A program made the position numbers and the translations under genes. From assembly GCF_009914755.1 (NCBI RefSeq), contig NC_060936.1: DNA of 64,000 bases; one strand, given 5' to 3'. Every line of letters begins with the position of its first letter. Within the stretch, counting starts at the first letter, position 1. Under the pieces are notes generated by a model. It did no database searches. It had not been told where the DNA came from and saw only the letters and a list, made by a program, of their open reading frames with translations. This stretch comes from the human T2T-CHM13v2.0 reference genome, Homo sapiens. Shown in pieces: positions 12,820 through 24,604 of the stretch.

Positions 12820-13930
12820 GAAGCATAGCATAGCATAGCATTTCATATGCCTAAAAATATGGAAATAATAAGTGCGTGGCTCAATGAATTATCCAAAGCA
12901 AGTGCACCCAGTAACCAGTACCCATAAGAAACAGAACATCGTCAGCCCTCTAGGAGTTCCCTCATGTTGTCATCTCAGGCCACTGCGCTGGAGAAGAGTC
13001 TCCAGTGATAACAAATATTCTCACTTCTGAAGTGAGAATTTTAATATTTTAATTTTAATATTAGTTTAAAATTTTATTAAATGAAATGGTACAGAATAAA
13101 CTCTGTCAGGATAATTTATTATATTTGAAAGTCTCATGTGTATTTCTAAAGGCAGCTATAGTTCACTTTCAGTTCTGTATAGCTTTTATTATATGCGTCT
13201 ATATATGCAATATCATATTTTAGGACTTTTGTATATATATATTTCATGTATTCTTTTTATTATTGATGTACATGCGAGTTGTTTCCAGTTTGGAAAAGTG
13301 CTAAATAATGATGTATTGTAGAAAAGAGAAAAATAGTCTAAGGAGAAACTAAATTAACCCACAGCTCCACTATTGAGAATTTACCTCCCTTAACTGTCAT
13401 AGTTCTGGCCATTTGTGGACGTTCTTTTGCGTGGTGAACAGATGCAGGCATTTCTAACGGATCTATACCTGAGTCAAATTGTGGGGCCATAGAATGTATA
13501 TGTCCGTCTTTAGAAAATATTATCAAAGGGCTTTTGAGGGTGTTTGTAGCAGTTTACACACACAGCGGCATATGAGAGTCCCAGTCGCTCAGCCCCCTCA
13601 GCAACACTCGATGTTGTTTTTCAAATAAAATGTTATCCATTGCATAGTGGTATCACATTGTGGTTTTAATCTGCATCTCCCTGATGATGGAGAATGTGCA
13701 GCACCTTTCTCTACACCTGTTGGCTGTCTGGCCACTCTTTGGGAAATGTCCGGATTGTTTACCCATTCTCCCCAGTGTGTCGCCTTTCTTCTTAATTGAT
13801 GGGAGTTAGTCCCACATCCTACATGTCAGGCTCTTGTCACACAAATGGTAAATGTTTCTTCACACTCTGTTCTTGCCTTTTTATTTTGTTGAAGGCATCT
13901 TTTGATGAAGTTCTTAGTTTTAATAAAGTC
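12820..13930 (-). mobile_element. Old L1M(E) fragments
   Basis: gtggtatcacattgtggttttaatctgcatctccctgatg and related 3' UTR motifs. Confidence 0.65.
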
Positions 13931-14626
13931 CAAATGCATGTGCCTGTTCTCTGTGATGCTCCTGCCTGGGGCTGCAGTGCTAGTACTGGTCACCAGGGGG
14001 CAGCAGCCTCCCATGTCCCTGGTGCCCACGGAGCTTTGCTGGAGCTCCGGGATAGCCTCCTGAGAAAGGCACCTCCTGTTAGTATCAATGATCCCCACAT
14101 TATGAGGACAATGGAAGCAGGAAGGGGTTTAATCACTTTCTCCCCGTGCTGACTTATTCACTCAGCGACTCTGCCCTGAGCACTCACCTTGTGCCAGGTG
14201 GCCTGGTGGGCTCAGCATTGGTGCTGAAAATGGCAAAGGAGTCCCTCTCCACCCCAGGAGCCCAGTCTTAGGAGATCTGCACAGAACCACTAAAGCAAGT
14301 CCACATGAAAGAAAAGAGCAGGTGCTGTGATAAAAATACGGTAGGATGACGGGAGGGAGGGCCGGGGAGTCACTGTGTGGGGAGAATCCAAATGCCTCAC
14401 TGAGGTGACATTTATGCCATGGCCAGAATGACAATGGGGGACCAACGCTGCCCAAGTCAGGGACAGCAGTGTCAGAAAGAAGCCACCCTGGGGCACAGCC
14501 TCACAGGTGGACCTGAGTTTGGCAGAGGAGGTTAGAAAGGGGACAGTGTGGCTGCAGGGAGGCTGGGGGGAGAGGAGCAGAGGGAGGGAGGAGTCGGGGG
14601 AAATGAGGGTAGAGATCTGCTTGTCT

Positions 14627-14969
14627 TTGACAACATTGTGCCTCCAAACTTCGCAACTTTAAGCAACAAATACTTAATATCTGACAATTTGTGTCCAGCA
14701 GAATCTGGGCACAGCTTAGCTGGATGCCTCTGCCTCACTGCCTCTCCTGAGGCTGGGACTGTGGTCTCAACTGAAACTGGACTGGGGAAGGATTAACTTC
14801 CAAGCTCACTCATGTGGGTATTGGCAGGACTCAGTGTGGACTGAGGGCGTAAATTCCTCCCCGTCTCTTGGCCTGGGCACTCCCTTGGCCTCTGCCATGT
14901 AAGCCTGTACATAGAGCACCTCATAACAGCAGAACTCGCTTCCCCAGTTTAAGGAATGCAATGGAGACC

Positions 14970-15022
<53 letters not shown>

Positions 15023-15260
15023 GAGACTGAGAGATTGGGGGAGGAAAAACAGAAGAGAGTGAACAGCAGAAAAATGGCAGCTTTGGGGATAATAAAAGCA
15101 TAACAGTTGCAATAGACTGAATATCTCCCCCCTCCAAAATTCATATGGCAAAATCCTAACCCCCAATGTAATGATATTAGATGGTGGGAGGTAATGAGGT
15201 CCTGAGGGTGGAATTCTCATGATTGGGATTACTAGCTTTATAAAATAAACCTCAAAGAGC
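14627..15260. mobile_element. MLT1/MST MaLR LTR fragments with (GA)n at 14970-15017
   Basis: gaatctgggcacagcttagctggatg...ttccaagctcactcatgtgg; ccaaaattcatatggcaaaatcctaacccccaatg. Confidence 0.7.
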
Positions 15261-16029
15261 CAGGCAGGCCATTGATGCCAGGCACTCTCTTTGCAGAGCT
15301 CCATGCAGGAGATGGGTTCAACAACACCATCTCCTTGAACGAAGGGCAGGTGCAACATGCCACCAACCATGGCCAGTGCTGGGCTAGGGTGAGAGCAGGC
15401 ACAGAGGGGTCTCCACAGACAGAGACTCAAGAAGTCCAGGGTGGCCCATGACTCAGACGCACAAATGGGGACTCCCTGGGCTCTGTCCTTCGGCTTTCCC
15501 ACTTGAGTGACCCACAGTCCCCTCCCAAAGGAATCTGGCCTCCATTAGTACCCAGTGGCAACTTGTTTAGGTGGAAAGTCCCTGCTCATCTACTTTTAGG
15601 AAGATCAGAGGAAGTGCTTTTGTGTTGTTTTCACTTTACACAACGCTATGATTATCTTTGCATGTTGCTGCTGTTTTTATTGTTTTAACAACCTACCCCA
15701 GGTGTCTCCTGTAGCAGACAGCTCCACTGTCCTGCCAGACTGCCTCCAAACCTTACAAGCTGTCAGTCTTACTGGGGAGGTTCTTTTTTACAAAGGGTGA
15801 GGGTGTCACACAAAAAGAGCGTTCAGCTGCTCTATGCATCTGTCTGCAATATGTCACCTCAGAGACCTCACCCCCATAGCACCATCGGAGAGGAGCTGTG
15901 TCCTCATATGTCTTCATAACTTTCAATAAGGGAGGCCTCTCAATGCTGCCGGAGCCTCACATGATAAAATTCTATTTCGACATCAGCTATCTTGTAGCGG
16001 TATCTGATGCTTTTCAGAATAGGCCATGA

Positions 16030-16405
16030 CAGTTTGTTAGCACTTCCATGATACAGTGCCACAGACTGAAGGGCTTTAACAACAGAAATGCAGTTTCTCA
16101 CAATTCTGAAGGCTTGAAATTGGACATGGAGCTGTGGGCTGCATTGGTTTCTCTGAGGCCTCTCTGCATGGCTAGTTGATGGTCTCCAGCTCTCTCTGGG
16201 TCACAGGGCCTTCCCTGGTGCTTCACTGTGTCCTTACTGCCTCTCTTATAAGGACTTTAGTCATATTGCATTAGGGCCCGCCCTAATGAACGTAATCTGT
16301 GTCACCTCTTTATGGACCACATGTCCAAATACAGTTCCATTCTGAGGCACTGGTGTTAGACATGAACATGAACTTTGAAGAGTAGACAAAATTCATCCTG
16401 TAACA
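16030..16405 (-). mobile_element. MLT1A/B MaLR LTR
   Basis: aacaacagaaatgcagtttctcacaattctg...ctcttataaggactttagtcatattgcattagggcccgccct. Confidence 0.75.
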
Positions 16406-17587
16406 TATACTAATGCCTTGCAGAAGACAGACTCCCAGGAAAGGAGTTACTTGGTGAGGAATATGCATACATGACATTTTCATGGCTTAGTCAGATGACT
16501 TTCCAAAAGGGCTGTTGTGGATACATTGCCACCAGCAGTCCTGAATGTAGCTGCTTCCCAGCATCCAGCCACCCCTGGGTGTCAAGTCTTCTAATATTTT
16601 GTCAATCCGGTGTCTGCGTGACAAATAAAATTCCATTGATCCTTTCATTTCCAGCTTCCCTGCTGATATGTGTGTGTCACCTTTCGGCTGTATAGTCCCC
16701 ACTTGGATTTTCTCCTCCCTGAGTCATCGCTCAGATCCGTGGCACTGTGATGGGCTCTTTCTCCCACCCAATGAGTCTCCTGGCATTGGGCCCTTTGCCG
16801 GGTCTGCAATTGCGGTAGCTGTTTCTCAAGACTGCCTTTATGTTAAACAAAGAAGCAGTTATTGGCTTTAAGTCCAAAGGGTTCTTCTAGTTTTTTGCTG
16901 TGTCACTGTCTCTAAAACAGAGGAGGAAACAAGGCCTCCCCAGGTCCTTTTCCTCCGTGTCAGCGCAGACCAAGCCTCGGGGAGTTGAGAGGGAAAGTCA
17001 CACAGTAGTTCCCGTGAGCAGTTTTGGAGCTGCCTTCTTACATCCAAAAGCCTGTGTTTGCTCATTTCTAAAATGAGGGTGTGTTTTTGAGGATTTGCTG
17101 GGATAATGCTCTTTATACAGTCTATGAATACAAGTCCCTGCGTGCTAGAAGAGAGGCCCCAGGCACGCTCAGTTATCTAGGAAGGTTCTGGTTGGTGTTC
17201 ATTCACTAAACACACATATGTTAAGCATTTACTTTGTGCAGGCACTTTTATAGATGACTAGCATATTTTAACAAACAAAGCAGATGCCAACCCCTGGGCC
17301 TCAACTCCATTCTATCCAGGGAGTCAGATCCTCACTGGAGACATCGAAAGCAAGGCACGCCCACAGAGTGGGAGATGCAATGCCCTCCTGGCCTCCTCTA
17401 GGTATAAACACTTCCTCCCAGATTCTGAGCAGGATGACAGATCCCAGGACCAACTCTAAAGTGGGTGGACTCTGGGTCCAGAAGAAGGACTTCCTGGGAC
17501 CCCAAAAGGATGAGGGGATTATACGGCCTGTGGCTGGGGAGAGACTGACGGAACTCTGGATCTCATACACCTCATAATTCCTCCAAG

Positions 17588-18560
17588 ATGGCTGAGGTCT
17601 GGGGCTTCTGCAAGAGGAAAGAAGTCAAGGTGAGCTGAAGATGGGGCCTCACGTCCTTGTCAAAGGAGAGGGGAGTTGGAGTCAGAGCCGGCCCCCAAAA
17701 GACCCATGCCCAGCACAGTCACTTCCCAGCTCTGCTTGTCCTCCTCCTTCCCACATCCACCTTTCCCAACCCCAGCACCAGGGGGCCCAGACCTGAAGCA
17801 GTGACGAGCCACCTGCTCACACGCCTGCCTGGAGCCACAGTCCTGGTGCCCAGGTACACGAAGCTGTGTGCCCTGGGCCTACAGGAGGAGAATGTCAGTG
17901 GGTAGCTGAGATCCACAATTGTCTGTAAAGTCCTGCTCTATGACCAGGTCTGTCCCTGCCAGGACAGCACAAAGGGCTTGGACTGGGATGGGGCTGTCCT
18001 CTAGACAGGCAGCAGCACACAGGTGCTGTGGATGAGCCGTGCTGGAGGAAAGACCAGGCCTCTGACTCTGATGCCCACTTCCTGCCCCCAGCACCTTCTC
18101 TTTCATTTTGGCCACTTGGCCAGATCAATACTCTGTAGATTTCTCTCAGCCCCCAAGCTTTCCATCCTTCAAGCCTAAGGTGACCTACATGTAGGTCAAG
18201 TGGCCTGGATCAAAGCTGCCGCAGCATCTGCACATTTTTCTTGCCTGGATGAAGCCTCTGGAGCCCATCAGATAGAGGGAGAGGTAGAGGCAGATAGTGA
18301 GGTGGCTGCAGTCTGGAAGATTTTCTGAGGTGTGGGATTTTGGGGCTGGAATTCCCCTAAATTCAGTGAGTTCACTTTGGTGTTTGGAAAGACCAGTGCA
18401 AAGTGATCGATGATGGTAATCCTATCTCTTTTCCCAGCTCTGATCCATATCCAGAAGTAGGAGCATTTCCAGTGCTAGCTGTTGAGTTAGTGTCAGCATG
18501 GGATGAGAACCTTCCAGTTACAGTGCTGCAGTTAGAGCCACCTCCAGAGCCTTCTTGCCC
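17588..18560 (+). pseudogene. Decayed C2orf81/DUF4639-like gene (short coding exon 17588-17629, intron 17630-17775, large disrupted exon)
   Basis: Kozak AAGATGG; GTGAG donor; polypyrimidine tract plus CAG acceptor; collinear motifs across frameshifts QT*SSDE, LVP..LQEENVSG*L, KVLLYDQVCP, DEPCWRKD, VKW/LD/KLPQH, KPLEPIR*R, VWK/PV, LAVELVSAWD, matching the recalled C2orf81 protein in order. Confidence 0.62.
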
Positions 18561-18994
18561 TTGTCCTGGGACTGTGAGAATCAGTCCAGCAAGGAGATAC
18601 CTGACATCATAGCATCTGCTGCAACCTCTCGCCTCAGCCCTGCAGCAGGAGGCTGAAGAGAAGCAGCAATTGGTGAGGCCCCTGTCCCCAAGCCCCGTGC
18701 TCCTCCAGATCCTGAACATAGGAGTTGTCACGGAGATGGAGAGCAGAGCATGCAACCCCAGCTCCTGGGCCTCTCTGAAAGGCTTCCCAGGGGACAGGCT
18801 TGACCCCGTGTGTCTGGGAACTGCCCCTTTTTCTCATACTTGGTGCAGGCTTTGCCTTGTTCATGGCAGGCTTCCTGACAGGAGGTGAAGGAGCAGGCAG
18901 GGTGGGACTCCAGCAGCTCCTCCTGCTCCCAGAGGCCACCTCTTTCTTCAGGGACTGAGGTCTGATTTCAGCTGAGCATCTGGGCTAGGGTCCT

Positions 18995-20020
18995 TAACGG
19001 GGGACCCCCCCCACAGTATTTCAATGTAAGTTCTTTCTATTTTCATAAGTGTCAGCTGGCTGAGAAATAAAGAGAGAGAGAAAGAGTAAAAAGAGAGGAA
19101 TTTTACAGCTGGGCTGCTGGGGGTGACATCACGTATCGGTAGGACCATGATGCCCACCTGAGCCTCAAAGTCAGCAAGTTTTATTAAGGATTTCAGAAGG
19201 GGAGGGGCTGCAAGAACAGGGAGTAGGTACAAAGATCACGTGCTTCAAAGGGCAAAAAACAGAACTACTGATAAGGGTCCAACAAAGATCACAAGGCAAA
19301 GGGCAAAAGCAGAATTACTGATAAGGGTCTATGTTCAGTGGTGCACATATTGTCTTGATAAACATCTTAAACAACAGAAAACAGGGTTCGAGAGCAGAGA
19401 ACCAGTCTGACCTCAAATTTACCAGGGCAGGGTTTTTCCCCACCCTAATAAGCCTGAGGGTACTTACAGGAGACCAGGGCGTATCTCAGTCCTTATCTCA
19501 ACTGCATAGGACAGACATTCTCAGAACGGCCATTTATAGACCTCCCCCCAGGAATGAATTCCTTTCCCAGAGTATTAATATCAATATTCCTTGCTAGGAA
19601 AAGAATTTAGCAATATCTTCCCTACTTGCACGTCCATTTATAGGCTCTCTGCAAGAAGAAAAATATGGCTGTTTTTGCCCAACCCTGCAGGCAGTCAGAC
19701 CTTATGGTTGTCTTCCCTTGTTCCCTAAAATTGCTGTTATTCTGTTCTTTTTCAAGGTGCACTGATTTCATATTGTTCAAACACACATGTTTTACAATCA
19801 ATTTGTACAGTTAATACAATTGTCATAGTGGTCCTGAGGTGACGTACATCCTTCAGCTTATGAAGATAACACGATTAAGAGATTAAAGTAAGACAGGCAT
19901 AAGAAATTATAAGAGTATTATTTGGGAACTGATAAATGTCCATGAAATCTTCACAATTTATGTTCCTCTGCCACAGCTCCAGCCGGTCCCTCTGTTCGGG
20001 GTCCCTGACTTCCTGCAACA
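18995..20020 (-). mobile_element. MER11 (HML-8) solo LTR
   Basis: Minus strand starts TGTTGCAGGAAGTCAGGGACCCCGAACAGAGGGACCGGCTGGAG; perfect 6-bp TSD GGTCCT (18989-18994 and 20021-20026). Confidence 0.93.
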
Positions 20021-20552
20021 GGTCCTCCAATATGCTGCCCAAAACAGGCTCTTTCTGGCTGTCAGGAGGGCGGAGGTATCTGGAGGGGGTGCAGCCTCCA
20101 TAGGGTACAGGTCCCAAAGCCTCCAAGACTAGCAGCTGTGCCCTGGGGTCTCCATGCCTCCATCCTGCCCAAACACTTATTCATATTGATAAGATTTCAA
20201 ATTTATATAATAACTTTCAAATAAAGAATTTGACTTTTTAATGAAAATTTCCATGTCTTCTTTACCCCTCTATATTGTCAGATAGCATTGCTGAGGCTAT
20301 CCTGAAAATACCTCAGAGTTTCATCTTTTTGCTGTGGTTGTTTGTGTGATTAAATTACAATCATTATTGTAAATCTTTCAGGTATGGCTTTTAGAGGTCT
20401 TTGACCTATATTTGGCATTTTTTGACTCTTAGATTTATTGTGGAAGGAAGGCTCATATGGATTCATTTCTGAGTCAGATCTTACCACCTTTTGGCATCAA
20501 TAATTTAGCATCAGAGTTTCCAGAAATTATGTATGCCACTTGATATGTCAGA

Positions 20553-20922
20553 TGTCTTAGCTAGTCTGGGCTACTAAAGCAGCATACCAAAGACTGGGTG
20601 GCTTATAAATAAGAGAAATGTATTTTTCACAGTTCTAGAGATGGTGAAGTTCAAGATCAAGTCTTCAGCAGATTCAGTGTCTGGTGAGGGCTGGCTTCCT
20701 GGTTCATGGACAGCCATCTTTTTACTGTGTTCTCACATAGCAGAAGGGATGAGGGAGCCCTCTGGAGACTTTTCTGTAGGGGCACTAATCCCATTCATGA
20801 GGTCTCTGGTTTCATAATCTAATCACCTCCTCCCAAGGTCTCACCTCCAAAGACCATCATATAAGGGACTGGATTTCAACATAAGAATTTGAGGGGGACA
20901 AAAGCATTTGGTCCATAGCATC
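20553..20922 (-). mobile_element. MLT1A/MST MaLR LTR
   Basis: gactgggtggcttataaa...tcacagttctagag...ttcaagatcaag...gcactaatcccattcatgagg. Confidence 0.8.
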
Positions 20923-21361
20923 AGGTAACTCTTGAGTCATGTGCACTCAAAATAATTCTGTAATCTTCTGTGAATATTCACTGGTCTCCTCTTGGTTAAA
21001 AAAAATTTTTTTTAATTGTAGGTCTTGATTCAGCTAGGTCCAAAGTTTAACTTCTACAGTTGCCTGCACAACTTGTCCACAGGACAAAAGGAACTTTAGA
21101 AGCAACTGGGCATTTGGAGTTTTAGGAAAGTTGTTGGGAGGATTTGGGGTCTGGACAAGGAGAAGTAGAGGGAGGAGAGGACAAAGGTAAAGCAGGAAAG
21201 AGATCAGAATGGAAAAGGGGAGGAAGGACCCCTGTATATAAGTGTCAGCTGGAGGACAAGGAAGGGGAGGGTTTCCTAAGAAGATGAGTTTAGTTTGTTG
21301 TTGCTTCAGTTTGCTGAGTTGCCCATTATGTTTGGTCAGATAAGTATTTTTTGGGACAATA

Positions 21362-21525
21362 TTTTTTAAATTTTTTGGAGACAGGGCCTCACTCTGTCAT
21401 GCAGGCTAGAGTGCAGTGGCACCATCATAGCTCACTGCAGCCTCCAACTCCTGGGTTCAAATGATCCTCCCACCTCAGCCTACTGATTAGCTAAGACTAC
21501 AGATACATACAACTATGCTTTGCTA

Positions 21526-21576
<51 letters not shown>

Positions 21577-21692
21577 GGTAAGGACTGGATCTTCCTATGT
21601 TGTCCAGGCTGGACTAAAACTGACTTGAAGCGATTTTTGTGCCTTAGCTTCCCAAAATGCTGGCTGTCCAGGTATGAGCCACTGTACCTGGA
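21362..21692 (-). mobile_element. AluJ with (TA)n(T)n expansion in the linker
   Basis: gagacagggcctcactctgtc...catagctcactgcagcctcc. Confidence 0.9.
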
Positions 21693-24230
21693 CTAATGAG
21701 AAGATTTTTTATTCCAAATGTCATTTGGAATCCTCTGCGTACCAACCAACAACTACTACTCACTGGGCCTGAGAAATCTTATTTCCTTTCTTGTTAAGGC
21801 ACCTCTCAATTGAGGAATTTTGTTTAAATCAAATGTACCCCAGAGTGGCCACGGGAGGCCAAATCTTGATCTAGTGATGCCGTTTAGAAAGATGGGCACG
21901 GGAATGAGCATTGAGAGGAAAGTACACACAAGGAGCAGGAGTTTTTCCTAGAAGTGCAAAGGACTTGGGCTTAGCCAGCCCCAGGGGAGCAGGGGCTGGA
22001 TGCTTATGCACCTCGTGCCTGACAGCTGCTCACCTCTGAATGAAGACACAAACATTTGTGCCTCTGGCAGGTAGAAAAAAACACCATGCACTCTCTGGAT
22101 CCCAATAAGAATGCACAGAAGGAAGGAGAAAGGAGAACCTAATCGAGTTTTATTGGTGACCCACAGCACAATGTGTCCAAACAGATGCCTGACCAGTGAG
22201 AACCCCAAAGTCACCACGTGACGCTGGCTCAGAAAACAGCCTTTTAAGGCCTATGACTATGTTCTACCCTCTGATTCTCCTTGTTATGACAACAATCTTT
22301 AATGGCACAACACACAACAGTATCATAAAGTCTAGTGAAGACAGAGTAGAAGCCCTGTTTACAATGCATGGTACCATTAGGGAAGATAAATCACCTTTTA
22401 ACCAGCACTTTTGTATTTTGGCTCCAAGCAGCCAAAGAGGAGAGACAAGCATCCATCACCTCGTGCAAGCAACACCAAATGCCACACCAACCAACCAATC
22501 AGGGAGGCACGGACTGACTGCAGCAGGGGAGTGTGGCAAAGAAAACCCAAGGATGTTCGGATGAATCTGGGGACAGCCATGTGGTGGTAGAGAGCGGTGC
22601 GAAGTGTTGCAAAAGTTATGGAATGATGGCTTTTGTAGTTAGCTGTGCATTCTCAATTATATGGCACTTGAAATCTTGCTTCCAATCATTCCCCCAACCT
22701 TTCTATTTAGAGATAAAATCCTCAAAGACAGAAGCAATGTTTATTTCAGCTGTGTATTTTGGAAGTGGTTTGTGGAACCTAACACATATAAGTGATCACT
22801 AAGAGAATCAGCATTTAGAAATTCCTATTTGCACATGGTATTTCGTAGTAGCTCATGCTCTTCAGCTCTGATTCCTTTCTTCAAAAGCTTGCAATAAACC
22901 TGGACAAGAATTGTATGGTGGTATCGGCTGCCCTACTTTTAAATTCCCTTAAAAATGTATTAAAAGGTTGATTAGCCAGAATATGTAGGACTTAACCTAT
23001 CCTGGGATCACAGCATTTCTGAAGCTAAGGTTCCTTAACTTCAAAAAAGCACCATAAAAGGATAAGAAAAGACAACAACTTGACATAACATATATTTTCT
23101 TATAATTGCAGTCTGATGTCTTGAACAGCTGTTGCCTGCCAAAATGGACAAAGAACCAAGAGCAGCTGCAGGCCACGCACCACCACTGGGATTGCTGTGA
23201 CCTTCCTGCCTTGCCCCTGGGTCTTAAATCACCAAACTCTATGGCTCACACTGGGCTGACACTGCTGACCTTACAGCCTTGCAAATGATGTCATCACCAT
23301 ACGTTCTTCACTCATGACGTGGCATGGATTTGACCAAAGGCGTGATCATGTTTAAAATAAAAACCCTTTATGAGAGTTCCCTTGTGCAATGCTTCCAGTG
23401 TTTAGGCACTGCTGGGTCAATTTTCTCATTATTCACATAAGCTTGCATTTCTGCCTTAAGAACCCATTGTTTGAGTCACTTCTTATGGTCCTTATCACTT
23501 TTGATCTCGTGTTAGAGCAAAATGCACACTGCCATCCTCTCCACTAGTTTGTAAGCTCTTGAAGCAGGGCTGAGTCAGACTCATCCATAGATCCCCCGAA
23601 GTGCCTGGCACTCTCCAAGTGAATAGAGGCACTTAATAAACTTCAGTAGAATCAGATTTAATTTAATGGAAGTTGATTAAAATTCACTTTCTCCTTCTCC
23701 TCCTTCACTGCACAGGAAATTCAAGTCAGCATGAGCTGAAGAGCATCTTCAGCATCGAAACTAAGGAGGATTGTTTTTCAGCTTCTTGCTGTAGCTAGAT
23801 GACATGATGGCATTTAGTGTTCCAGGCCTGCATTTGAAACCTCGACATTTACCTTAACAAGGTAGGTGACCCTGAGCAAATGTTTTCACATCAGTAAACC
23901 TCAGTTTCCCCATCTGTCAGCTTAACAATTGTACGGATTTTTAACAGGATAACATAGGTGTCAAGCATCCAGCATAGTCCCTGGATCACAATGAGCATAT
24001 GATCTATCAAAGTTACCAACCACATCCTGCGGCTAGAATTAAGCTCCACTGTGGTATTACTTGAACCTAAACTTCACACTGTGAAATAGTACTGTATAAA
24101 GACCACATACCTAAATTGGAAACTCAAAGTTTAAAGAAAAAAAAGACTCTCACACTCCTTAATTGAGGGGAAGTTAAAGAATATTGACCATTACATTCAG
24201 TTGGTTATAAATTGGCAAGGATGTAGAGTG

Positions 24231-24604
<374 letters not shown>

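Noticed and set aside
17880-18990. FAM90A-like or Gypsy/RTL gag-like readings of this segment
   Set aside because: Only isolated short matches; the ordered plus-strand C2orf81-like motifs explain it better.
22196-22564. 122-aa ORF with an RRM-like patch (SEDRVEALFTMHGTI)
   Set aside because: No RNP1 or RNP2 motifs, a GTG start and no polyA or TSD; likely chance.
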